Below, in pieces: positions 37,301 to 50,400 of a stretch of 55,745 nt of DNA. Numbering within the stretch: position 1 is the stretch's first letter; the number at the start of each line of letters is the position of its first letter. The DNA is from Prorocentrum cordatum (Eukaryota), in NCBI GenBank assembly GCA_963575745.1, contig CAUYUJ010000138.1:62001-117745 (forward strand), read 5' to 3'. The notes beneath the pieces are model-generated. The model was not told where the DNA came from and made no database searches. It saw nothing but the letters and a program-made list of their open reading frames with translations. The position numbers and the translations under genes are program-made.

Positions 37301-40300
37301 GGTGGACACCAGCAGCGAGCAGAAGAGGGCGGCGCCGCCAGCTCCGGTGGATGCCGGCGTCGTCGTCATCCAGAACGGGAGCGCCACCTGGAAGAGGAGG
37401 AGGAGGAGGAGGAGGAGGAGGAGGAGCGCGACGGCGGCGACGACGACCGACAAACGACGACGGCAACGGGGACGACGGCGAGGATCGCGACGACAAAAAC
37501 GGCGACGACGAGGACGAGGGCGGCAGACGTCCGCCGACGACCAGGACGGCGGAAGCGACGGCGGCGACAAAAATCGCGGGCTCCTCCTCGGGGCGTCGAC
37601 TTGCTCATGCGTCCTCGCTCCTCCCCCTCCTCCTCCCCCTCCCCCTCATACCCCTCTTCCGCTTCGCTCCAGAAGCGCACGCGGGAGGAGGCGCCCGAAA
37701 GTATTAGAAATTGCAGTAACAGTGCACATAGAAGTGTGCGTAGTCGATAGTTTTCGAATCAGTCGTAGCCGTAATGCGAATAGCACGAGGAGAAGGAGGA
37801 AAAGAAAACACAGTTTTGATGAGTGGGAGCGGCCACGTAGTGTGCCAGACCGCACCCATGCGTGAGAGAGTGTGCCCAGAATGAAGGTATCGATCGCAGA
37901 AAGAGGCATCATGCCAGACGGGGGCGAGGCGAGAGAGCTGCCCACGGCAAATCGTGGCAGTCTAGGGGGAAGGAGGAAGACTCGCCATTACTCACACGTC
38001 CATTCCCTGGGCATTTTTCGGCGTCGTGCGTGTATGATTCGCAAGGTGATAAAACATGCTCCTCAATAATCCTCGCAGAATTGTGCTACAGTTCTGGCGC
38101 AGCGTGACCCAAGGAGACAAAACAGGGGTATGAAGCTGACTTCATCTGGTATGCTGATGTGTGATGAAAAGGACCCCTAAATGTGTATATCTATATATAT
38201 ATATACTAGAACCATCGCGCGCGCTTCGCGCGCGCTCAGGTTCTAGCCCAGACCGGGGGGGCGCTGGACGATCTTGGACAACGCTATCAAGCACAGGCGC
38301 GCGACGGCATCTGAGGAGCTTCTGGGGTGTTCCGCATGCTTCGTCAACTGGCTGTTGGAGGCACCTCTTGGGTGCCTCTTGGGAGGCGTCTGAAGGTCCC
38401 TTGGGGGAATCGGTTCTGCAATCTGAAGCCGTCATTGGCCGTCTTGGCTGCGTGGAGGCCCGACTTGAGGCCACCTGCGGCCAGATTGAGGCAATCCGGA
38501 AGCCTCCCGCGGGCCTCCCGGAAGCAGTTTTGACGCATCGAGGGCACGCTTGGGCTATTTTAAACCTCTTGGACGTCTCCTAGGAGCATTTTGGGCCCCC
38601 GGGAAGCTTTTGGGGTCCTCTTGCGGCCTCCTGTGGGCCTTTTGGGGGGAACGCTCTGCTGCTGGGTCGCGTTCCCCTTCTTGGGCCTCTCTTGAGGCTC
38701 TTGGGGCCCTCTCAGGCCGTCTTGGGCGCCTCAAGCACCGTCTTGGGGCCCTCGCGGGCCGTCTTGGGGCCCTCTTGGAGGCCTCTTCCTCTATATTGGA
38801 GCGGTATTGGAAGCCTCTTGGGCCGTCTTGGAGCATCGGGATGCCAAAAGGCCGAAAAAATGAAAACCCGTCAAAGCCCAATCGTAAAACAATGAGTTGT
38901 GCCTCTTGGGGCCACCTTGGGAGATCTCTTGGAACCTCGTCGGCCTTCTTGGGGGCATCTTGGGGGCCTCTTGGATCCGATTGGGGGCCTCTTGGGACTT
39001 CCCGAGAACCTCTCGGGGTAGAAGATCGGATTCTCAGTTCGTGTTTCCCTTCTTGGGCCTCTATTGGGGCCGTCTTGGGGCCCTCGCGGGCCTTCTTGGG
39101 CGCCTCAGGCACCGCCTTGGGGCCCTCGTGGGCCGCCCAGGGCCCTCTTGGAAGCCTCTTCGGCTATATTGGAGCTGTCTTGGAGGCCTCTTCCTCCTCC
39201 TCGTCCCCCTCCTCCTCATCCCACTCCAGCTCTCTCTCCTCCTGATCTTCCTCCTCCTCCTCCTCCTGCAGCGTGTTCCGGAAGGCTCCCGCCGGAACAT
39301 GCTGTGCACAAGTGCTGTCACTGCTCCCGCCACAGTGCCCTGGGTGGTGGGTCAGAGGCAATTAAAATCAACGATTGTGGCCTCTCGGGCCGCTCTTGGG
39401 CGGCATCTTGAAGCGTCTTGGGAACTTGTCGAGAACGTCCAGGGCTGCCGGGACGGCTGTCTGAGGGCTTCCGACGGCGATTTCAGCCCTCTCAGAGGCG
39501 GCCCGGGCCCCGGGCTCCACATTTGTGGTCGAGGTTCGGGCCCCCGGGAGCGTCCTGGAGCCCCGTGGCCCCCATGGGGGTCCGAGGTCTCAATCTGGCG
39601 GCCCCAGGTCCCGCTCCCCGGTATACATATGTATATATATATATATATATATATCCAAAGATATATGTTTACACATACCTGTATACATATCTATATATGA
39701 CTTTACACATATATACATATATATATATATGTAAATCTATATATGTATCGATAATTTGGTTTAAGAGCGCGGGAGAGGGAGAAGGAGAACACAATCAAAC
39801 GAACAGACAATCAGACAAACAAAGAACAAGACGAACAAACGCAGGATGCTGACGAACAACACTGGATACTGCAAGGGAGGAGGAGGTGATCGTCGAAGAC
39901 GTAAGCGTCGTCGTCGGCCCTTGATGCCGCCGAGCCTGGACGAACTGCGACCTCCAGCGGCCACTCAGCTTGCGGTAGCCATTGACCTGCAAGTGCTCGG
40001 CCTCGGCGCATCAGACGCAGCTGTATCCTCTCCATCCTCTTCCTCCGTCCTTCTCCTCCGCGTCCTCCCCATCCGTCTCCTCCTCTCCCTCCCTTCATCC
40101 TCTACCCTGCACCCTGCTCCCTCCCTCACTGCCGCCCTCTTCCTTCCCTCTGCACTCTCTCCCCTTCGAAACATAAGGGGTCACAGAGGTCAGACCTTGG
40201 ACGAAGTCAGGCTGATTTGTTATAGCACTGCGATGTAGATGTCAATAGAGTCCTCCTCATCCGCCTCTTCCTCTTCCTCCGCCTCATCCTCCTCCTCCCT

Positions 40301-42238
40301 CCTCCCTCCTCCTCCTCCTCCTCCTCCTCTTGCTCTTCCTCCTCCTCCTCCTCCCCCTCCTCCTCCCTAGTCATCCTCCCTCGTCCTTCTCCTCTTTCTC
40401 CTTCTACTTCCTCCTCCTCCTCTGCATCCGACGCACCCCGTCATCCGTCACCCGCCCCGCACTCGCTCTTCCGCCCGCTGACCCCGGCCGCGTTGGCCCG
40501 CATGCCCTCCGCCGTGGCGGCGCTCGCGGAAGGTCGGTGACAGCCCTGCGGGGCATCGTTATTCTCTGTGGGTCCATCTTCCTGCCCCCTCCGTCCCACC
40601 ACCTCCCGGCTCCCCTTTGGAGTCCCGAAACGGTGCGGTGACGGACCGTGCGGTGACCTCGAAATCCCCCAAGACCTCACCGCACGGTCCGTCACTGCAC
40701 GGTTTTGGGACCTCGGAGGCCCCTGTCGCCCGAGACGTCCTCGGAGAACGACCCGAGTCCCAAAACCGTGCGGTGACCCCGAATCCCCACCGACTCGCCG
40801 CACGGTGTGGTCACCGCACCGTTTGGGGGCCCCCGATCCCCCTCCGTCATCCTCCCTCCTCCTTCCGGGCCCGTCCATCTCCTCCTCCCTCCTCCGTCCT
40901 CCGCCGCCTCTCCGCCGCTCCGCCGCTGCCCCGTCGCCACCGCCTGCGCCGCCGCCGCCGCCGCCGCGGGGGCGCTCCTGGCCTTGGAGTTCGAGGGCAT
41001 CGGGATGACCACCGCGCCTGCGGCGAGGAGCACCAGCAGCGCGAGGACCTGCAGCGGGGGGCTTCGGCGTCCAGGGTTCGACAGTGTGCCGGGACGGGTG
41101 CAGGATGAGGAGGAGGGGGAGCCCGGGGGGAGAAGGGAGGAAGGGCAGGGGAGGGGAGGGGGAGGAGGGGGAGGAGGAAGAGGACGCCCGGAGAGGGGGG
41201 GGGGGAGGAGGAGAAGGAGGAGTGAGGGGCACAAGGTGATAGGATGGGGGGGAGCAGGAAAGAGAAGTTGGGGAGGAGGATTCAGGAGGAGCTGGGAGAG
41301 GGGGATCAAGACGCAGAAGGACGATGTCAGTTGAGGAGAACGGGGGAAGACAACGGGGGAGTAGGGAGGAGGATATGAAGGCGGACGTCAGGAGTTAATG
41401 GGGGGATGAGAAAGTAGCTGGGAACGGATGAGGAGAGCGGAGTGTGAGGAGGACGAGGAATCATGTTAGAAGAACACGCACCTTTAAATTGCACGCGTCC
41501 CCCCCCCCCAGAAGGACCAGGAAGACGAGCGAGACGGACCAGACGCTTGGTTGCAGCTGGGTGGTGGGGCGCAGCATGCCGTACCTGCACCGGCCGCGAG
41601 TGAGAAAAATGAAAGACGAAAGGATGCCAAGATACATCGGAAATGAATACATCTGAACGCAGCGCACCTGAACGGTATACGGTTGGTTCACGATGCCACT
41701 CGGCCCCGCTCTACAGCTCCGAATCCAAAGATGTTGGCATCTTTTGGGGGGGCGTGTTGTGCTTCCAACGGTTTCTGGCGACCTTCCAATAGTGGAACCG
41801 CTCTTTTTGTACTCAGCGCTGGCGTTCGCGGCTTTCCGCCAAGAGGAAGCGAGGGATGTTCCCCCCCTCAACGCAACATCAACCTGGTGTTAGCCCACGC
41901 GCGCGGCATCAAAAACCAATACTCACATAAAAACAATTACGTCGCGAAAAAGATCCGCAACCCCAACCGAAAAAAGGATGAATGCCGATGCTGCACTGTG
42001 CAGCGCTGTACCGCTCTTGCCAAAGCAACGGCCCAAGAAGAGGGAAGGCATGAAGGGAACGCCCCACTCCGTGAAAGTAGCCACGATGCAGGACGATCCA
42101 ACTGTCGCAAGTCAGTTTTCCGGGGCCACAAGTTCAGACCTGCACGCGTGCAGGTATGATCCCCTCCCGACCGCGGGAACAGACCTGCACGACTGCAGGC
42201 CCACTCCTCTCCTCCTTTTCTGAGCTACGCCCTGGATG

Positions 42239-42294
<56 letters not shown>

Positions 42295-42313
42295 CTGATG
42301 CTGATGCTGATGC

Positions 42314-42349
<36 letters not shown>

Positions 42350-45300
42350 GGAGGAGGAGGAGGAAGCCCCCCCCCAAAAAAATATACGGCCAATGGCCAT
42401 CGAGTGGAATCCCCCTAACCTCCCCGAGCTCCCCACAAATTTCTCCCCTGCGGTAGGCGCTCCAGGGGAAGAACAAGAACCCCCTAACTCCCGTAGGCCA
42501 TCCGAAAGAAAAAAATCATCTCTGATAGAGGAGGTCCAGGGTCTGGGTGGGACCCCCTTCCAAAACCTCACAGAGCCCCTCCTGAGTGGGGTATTGGAAA
42601 GGAAAACTCTCCTGGACGCCCCGTGAGCCCCCCGCAAAAGCTATTAGCCTAGCAAGGGACCCAACCATGGGAAGTTCTGGTACCGCAGTTGTGAATATTG
42701 TTGTCGGTCGAGCTCCCTATGTGGTCAAAGACGTGTGAGGGGTGTGCCGAAATGGGCGGCGCGGACGCATGCGGACCCTGCCACTGCGGCCTTCGGTGGA
42801 GCTCCCCATGGGGCCACGAAGCGTGTGAGGGGTGTGCCGAAACGGGTGGCGCGGACGCATGCGAACCCGGCCGCTGGGGCCTTCGGTGGAGCTCCCCATG
42901 GCGCCACGAAACATGTGAGGGATGTGAACCCTGCCACTGGGGCCTTCGGTGAAGCTCCCTCTAGGGCCACAAAGCGTGTGAACGGCGTGCCGACATGGGT
43001 GACGCGGACGCATGCGCCCAAAGCCCCCCTACTGCCTGCTGGATCAAAAATCCCGGATCGGCCCAGGGTCGTTTGCATCATCGCTATCCGATCGGACCTG
43101 GATCGTGGACCCTCGATGGGTCTGGGCTCCCGATTTTGGACATGGCATCCGAGACGACTCCGGAAGCGGGCAGCGCGCCGAACACTGGCACGGCACAGCA
43201 GACCATGGAGCACTGACAGAGGAAGTTCTGCTTTGAATCGCGGGCACCAAAGAAAGCAGACACGCTGTGCATAAGATCTTCCAAGCCACGACTCGACTTC
43301 CAGCCAACATCAATCGGACAGGTTTTCCTTATGCGGGAGTCTTGAGCGAAATCGCAAATTTCCGGTCGCCTCTGAAAATTTCCAGTCGTCTGGGAAGCGA
43401 CCGTTTTTGGGAGGAAATATTAAGCGGAATGCGAATTTCCAGTCGTCGCCCCATTTGGCGATTACAATACTAGGGGATGAGGCATGGACCGGAAATCCGC
43501 GATGGCGGTTTCTGGAACATTGTACCGGGGCCCCGCGGCCTAACGGGGCCCGTCCACGCTGAGTTTCCGCGACCTCTGCGGTCCGGACTTTTTAATCGGG
43601 GGGGTGTAGCATCCCAGATGATCTCCCCCTCGCCTCCCCCAACACCCCCCCCCACTCGAGAAGGGGCTTCTGAAGAGAAAACCAACCGAACCTTCCCAAA
43701 CCCTTCCTCACGGGGGTGGGTCCGCGGGGAGAGCCCCCCAATAATCCCCCTTAACCTTCGAAACGCCTGCCATTGTGGGAGGGGGGGTCGGGGGCGACAC
43801 CCTCCGAGCCCCCCTAACCTCCCAAAGCCCTCTTTGAGAGAGGGGGGGTCCGGAAGGAAAACCATGCGAACCCCCTCTAAGCCTTCCAAGACCCTCTCCT
43901 GAGGGGAGGGGTCGGGGGGAAGACACCACGAGTCCCCCCTAACTCCCCAAGAAACCTTCCTCGAGAGGGGAAGGGAAACGCCCCTCCCCCCCTCCCCCCC
44001 ATGTCCTCCCCCTCGCCCCCTTCCCAAACTCCCGAAAACCCATTTTGAGGGGGGGGATCGGGGCGAAACTCTCTGTCTCTCTCTCTCTCTTGTTTGCTCT
44101 CCCTTGCTCTCTCTCTCTCTCTCTCTTTCTGACTCCCTCTCTCACACACCCACACACACACACCTAACCCCACCAAGAACCTGACCTGGAGATTCACAAT
44201 GAAAAAACACTGCAAAGCTCCTCCTCCCAAGACCCTCCTTGAAGGAGGGCTTCCGGGGGGAAGCCCAGCGAATCCCCCTAACCTCAAAAAACCTCTTTTG
44301 ATAGACGGGTGCGGGGGGGAGACATCCCGAACCGCGCCCAACCCTCTCAAGAACCTCCTTCAGGGAGGGCTCCCAGGGGGAAAACTCCCCGAGTCTCCCC
44401 CAAAACACCCCCAATCTCCTTTTGATGAAGGGGGTCCAGGGGAAGCCACCCAGTCGGACCACCCTGTAAACATTCCAAAATTCTCGTTGAGGGATGATTT
44501 CGGGGTGGACCCCCCCGAGCTCTCCCTAAACCCTCCAATGCGGGCCTTGAGGGGAGGAGGGGGGAAAGAGAGCGCGAGGTGAAAACATCCGCCCCCCCCT
44601 CCCCCCCCGAACCCACCCAAAACACGCCTTGAAAGCGAGGTCACGAGGGGAAGCCCTGCATGACCCTCCGAATCCCTCAGAAGCCCTCCTTGAGGAGAGG
44701 CTTCCGACACCCTCCAACACCTGTCTTGAGGAGGGGGTCTGGGGGTGAAACCTCCTAACACCTCCTGGCCTCTAGTAAACAACCTTGAGGCGGGAATCCG
44801 CCCCCCCCCCCCGCGACATCTCCGAGCCCCGTCAAAACTCCCCTGAAAGGCCGGTCCAGGCGGGGGAGGCCTCCCCTAACCTCCCCAATACCCCCCTTGA
44901 AAGACAGATTTCCGGGGGTAACACCCCCCGAATCCCCCCGAACCTTTCCAAAACCAACCTTGGGGAGGGGGGGGGGCCAACGGGGAGAAACCTCCCCACC
45001 CCTCCCTGAGAACACCCCCGAAACACCCCTCGAGGGTGGGGAGGCCCCTACCCCCTCCCAAAAGATCCCCCTTGAGGCTGGGAGTCCCGGGGGGAAACCT
45101 CACAAACCCCTGCTAGCCCTTCCCAAACTCTCCTTGAGGAAATGTTCCCCAAGGAAAATATCCCGCCCCCCCCCCCCAGAACCCTGGGAGGGCTTCCGAA
45201 GGAACGCGTTCCAAATCCTCTCCCTCTCTCTCTCTCTCACACTATGTACTATCCTATTGTCTCTTCCCCCTCTTGTCTTACCGCTCCTCTCCGACACGTC

Positions 45301-47359
45301 ATGGATTATCTCTCATACCTTCTCCCTGTCCAAGCTCGCTGAGCTTCCCGCTGCCTCACAACTCATCCTCATGCCGCGTGTGCGTACACACATTTGACTA
45401 TACATATATCGTTATATATACATACATCTGTACACCTGGATATATAGGTATACATATACATATATATATATATATATAAGTATATATATATATATGTGTA
45501 CGTACACCTTTGGGCCATAACTAGAGACTCTGACGGCCGCTCGGGGTGATTCCGGCACCCACGGAACGCCCGCAGCTGCTTGAAAGCAGACCGAGGCGAG
45601 GAAACTCCCAAGAACCAACGGAAATATCTACTCCCTGAAAACACCCTCCCCCTCATGCTTATCACACTTCCTCCCCTCCTCCTGCTCGTCGCTCCCCGCT
45701 CTCCTCCGCCTGTCAGAACCCGGGGCACCCCTGCTTGTTGAGGACCTCGTCCCACGGGTTGTGCCTGCCGCTAACGGCCTGGCACAAGGAACATGAGAAG
45801 GTGGAAGAAGAGAAGTTGGAGTTGGAGAGGGTCTGGTACAGACCGCCACCATGTGTTGGAATGATGCATTTGGCCCCCTGGGCGACGATGCCTGGGCAGT
45901 GCGGGAAAGAGCGGGGAAACAACGAAAATAAATACGGTATTGTCCTAACACGGATCCTCCTCCTCCTCCTCCTCATCCTGCTGAGCTGTTTCATGCCATC
46001 GTCCGCCTTCACAACTCCTCGTAATCGTCCGACCGACAACGAGATAGCAGGCATCCTGACTGGCAAAACGAGGTAGTAGGCATCCTGACCTGTTACCTCG
46101 CGTTTACTGTGGACCATGCCAGGAGAAGATGAAAGGTGGGAACACGATGAGGAGAGGGCAAGAGCGGGAAGAGGAGGAGGAGGAGGAGGAGCCTCCAGCC
46201 GAGACACCTCTCCCTCCGTTCCTCCTCCTCCGAGGAGGACGAGGAGGCCCCTCATCCTCTCTCCCCCGCCCTCTTCTCCGCTCCTCCGCTCCCTCCTCCG
46301 CCCCCCCCCCCCTCCACCGCCCCCAACCGCCGGCTTCTGCTGCACCGCCCCCTCCCTCCCTGAAGCCCGACGCCCCCAGAACAAGGGAGAACACCGCGAA
46401 TAAGCACGGCCGGGGCCCCAGAGAAACCCCACCCTTTCAGCGCGCCATTTGTCGAGCCGCCTGGATCTTCTGTGAGGGCCCCGCCGGGCCCGACACGGGG
46501 CGAACACGCCCGGGGTGGAACAAGAAATGCAACTCCAGGATCTCAGGGCTCCTCCGCCCCCCTCTGGCCCATCCCAGACATCAGGCGTCTCGACTTTGTC
46601 GAGACCCAGCCCCCCGACCTCTCGACCACTTGTCCGGGACCCGTTGTTCGTCCCGCATCGTTTTGTGACGGTCCCGTGGGTCGGTAAAGGGCCCCGAGGG
46701 GCCGAGAACGACGAAAATCCGACGTCTCGACTTGCTCGAGGCGCTGGAGGTCGGGGACCCTCCCTGGAGGAGGCCGCGCTGGCCTGGGGGGCGCCACTGG
46801 CCGGCAGCTGCATCAGGGACGTGGCCTCGGACTGCTTGTCCTCGAGGGTCGGGCGGTCGACCACAAGCGCGGACGACCGCTCGAGGAGCCCGTACCTCGG
46901 GCGCCGCCCCAGGAGAGGGTGGACGGGGGGAAACTCCTCCTCCTCCTCCTCCTCTTCCTCCTCCTCTTTCTTTGCATTTTCCTCTTGCTCCTCCTCCTCT
47001 TCCTCCTCATCCTCTTCTTCCTCCTCCTCCTCGCCTTCTTCTTCCTAATCCTCCTCTTTTCCTTGTGCTTAGTAGTATGAGTAGTCATAATTGTGTTGTT
47101 GAATTTGTTATTCTTCCTCCTCCTCCTTCTCCTTCTCCTCCTCATCCTCCCCTCCATGTCTCCCCCTTCTCCTCCTCCTCTTCCTCCTCCTCGTCCTTTT
47201 CCTCCTCCTTTTCTCCCTCCTACTCCTTCACCTTCTCCTCCTCGTCCTCCTCCGGTTCCTCTGTTGTTTATTATTATCATTCGTATTATTGTTCTGTTTA
47301 TTAGTATTGTTATGTGCCTTATTCCTCCTCCTCCTCCTCCTCCTCCTCCTCCTCCTCCT

Positions 47360-47448
<89 letters not shown>

Positions 47449-50400
47449 CCTCCTCCTCCTCTTCCTCCTCCTCCTCCTCCTCCTCTTTGTCCTCCTCCTC
47501 CTCTTTTGCTTAGTCCTCCTTCTCCTCCCCTTCCTCCTCCTCCTCCTCCTCCTCCTCCTCCTCGTCTTCTCCTTACTCTTCCTCGTTTTGCTATTCGCAT
47601 TTTGTGTCGTATTAAGTGTTTTGTTCGTGTTCCTTTCCCTTCCTCCCTTTCCCCTCCATTCCTCCTCGTCTTCCTCTTCCTCTTTTCCCCCCCCTTTCTC
47701 CTCCTCGTTTCCCTCCTCTTTCCCTCTTCTTATTGATATACTTATACTCCTTCTTCAAGTTCAATTTCTTCCTCTTCCTCCTCCTCCTCCTCCTCCTCCG
47801 CCGGCATCTCGCGCGGGCTGATGGGGGGGGAGGCGCGCCGACCCCGCGCCGGAGCTCGGCCCTACAAGAGGGGGGAGGGGCGGGGGAGGGCAACATGAGT
47901 TTCCATGCGCTGAACAAACAGGAGGGGGAAAGTTAGGAAGGCACCAACTATACACCAACACCGATCCTGGCCCAGGATCACCCTGGGCCCAGGATCGGTG
48001 TATACGCCCTCCTGCCTTGCGCAAGAAGGCATATACACCGATCCTGGGCCCAGGGTGATCCTGGGCCAGGATCGGTGTTGGTGTATAGTTGGTGCCCTCC
48101 GAAAGTAGCGTAGCAATGTCGCTGGAGCCTGCAGCGCTGAAGTGATGCAGACGTAATATACACGGTGTAACGATGCCCTGGCGCCTGCAGCCACGCACAG
48201 CCCGCTGCAGATCGCCGCCCGGGTGCCCCCACAAAATTTCTATCGAACTGATCATGCGCTGCTCTCATGAGGCTCCGTCTCGCACGGCGCCAAATCCGAT
48301 GCATTCCAGCGCGCAGTTGATCTAGTGGTTCCCTCCGACGCCCTTAAGAATGTCGGCATCTGGTCCTGGTGTCGTCGTCAGGGGGGCAGTCCGGTGGCTT
48401 CCACTGATTTCCAAAGAATGCCGGGCATTTCCAGTCCCCTCTCACCGGCTTGCAGAGCGTGTCTCGGATCGAAATGATCAGAAGACAACGCCGTGCCTCT
48501 CGGGGAAGACTGGGGCACATCGCGGACACCTGCAGGCGTCAGACCAAGGCGAGAACCGCAATGTGGCGCCCAAGCTCGTGGCGCCCAGGAACTTGCCGCC
48601 CGCATCCTGCGGTGGGCCTCTCGACCTCCGCCTCCTGACGTCCTCCAGAGACGATTTTGCCCTGGGAGGCGTCCGGCTTCGGGATATCCTGAACCTGGGT
48701 CACTCTATGTAGCGCTCTTACACCGCGCGGCGCTGCCTCCACGCACCGATTTGCCCACTGTTCGCTAGCCTCCCGGTGATAGTTCTTCGCCGCCTGCCCA
48801 ACGTCCGCAGAGATGTCCTCCGCGAGCTGCGCGTGTCTACGGCAATCCATCGGCATCTGTCCAACTTCGGATCTAGCCTGCTGCGCCGCGCTGTCCAGAG
48901 TGCCACTGAGCCAGTGCCCGAAGTACTGCGTCCCGAGAAAAGTCGCAATTCCCTCTGGCCATACGTTCAAAGCATCTGTGCCTCGATGCAATTCTTGGGC
49001 GGATGCTGCCAACCTTCATCCACTCTCTTGCTGAGCGCGTCGGGTGCCTCAGTTCACGTGGCGCCCACCCGTCGTGGGGTGGGGGCTGCGGCCGAACACT
49101 CCAGGCCCCTCTTCAACTCTGCACCGGTTTCCTGCGCTATCGCCCCGGCTGCCGTGACTGCGAAAGCCGCCCGTGCCTTGGAAGACACCGCCAAAGCCGC
49201 TACCACGTGGCTGCTCTCGTCATGTGCCATGTCCACGCACGCCTGTTCCAGCGGGTGAAGCGAGCTCCAGTCTGTTGGGGCGCTCCTGGACCCGAACACA
49301 CGGCAGGACGGCATGCGCGGAGTCACTGTGCACGCAAAACGCCTGAGCTTGAGCCCATTGCCCACCAAGTGTAACACGGCGGGGCGATGTGGCTTACGAC
49401 TCCATGTCATGTCAGCTCGGACCCCACGATGCCCGCAAAGCGCCACATCGCTGATCGCGAAACAACCCATCACCGTGGATTCGGTCCCTCCTCTGCGCTA
49501 TATGCTGTGGCACGTTCGCGGGTCTTGGGGGATCGGGCGCTTCCAACTCCTGAACTTGCCTGTTCCAGTGAACGCCTGCCATGTGCGGTCCCTGGATCTG
49601 ACTGACATCAGGCCCGTGCTGGAAATCCGAATCGTGTCAGTTTCACCCGTGGGCCCCATCGAACCTCATAATTATTCATTCATGGTGCTTGACGCTAGCA
49701 AGCCATGCGGGTCCAGAATAGCGTGTCGTAGCCTGCAAGGTTAGACTTTGTGCTCATGGTTCTGCGGCTTTCGTAGACCAAGACCGCCTGGTGCAAGAAT
49801 GGATATTCCCACCGACGCGAGACCAATCGTCGCCTTGCACGGGAGTGCTACCATCTTCCGACCACGCACCTGTCTCTCCCCCGCGACTCGAGCACCCCCT
49901 GCATCCCAGGCCCGCTGCCACAGGCTCTCGCTCGCGAGGCTGCGGTGGCGAGCGGCAGCCAGGCGAGCGCGCACCGCAAAGCGGCTCGTGTTCTGTCGCG
50001 AACAGCAGTCCTCCTCCTCCTCCTCCTCCTCCTCCTCCTCCTCCTCCTCCTCCTCCTCCTCCTTCTCTTCCTCCTCCTCCTCCTCCTCCTAGTCGACGAC
50101 AGCGCAAAAAACGAAGGCTGAAGCCTCAGCCCGAGGAGCTGCCCGCCTCGGGCCCACGAGCGGCACCGCACGCCCGACGGTCAGCCTCCAGAGGCCCCGC
50201 CCTGCCAGCGCTCGAAAACTGCGTCGCGGGCCGCCACACAGCGCAGCCTGCGAGGCTCCGACGAGTGCAGCCCGTCGCCGCCGCCGCCACCACCACCACC
50301 ATCATCAGCAGCAGCATCATCATCATCATCATCAGCAGCAGCATCACCATCATGATCACCATCATCACCATCATCATCAGCATCATCACCTTGAGTATCA

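Noticed and set aside
39880..39986. Alternative exon frame GQWLPQAEWPLEVAVRPGSAASRADDDAYVFDDHLL
   Set aside because: It needs a GG donor upstream and has no clean join to VALPFW. The VNGYRK..QFVQ frame has consensus sites on both sides.
43620..45200. Telomere-like CCCTAA motifs
   Set aside because: Isolated motifs within a dispersed repeat, not tandem (CCCTAAA)n.
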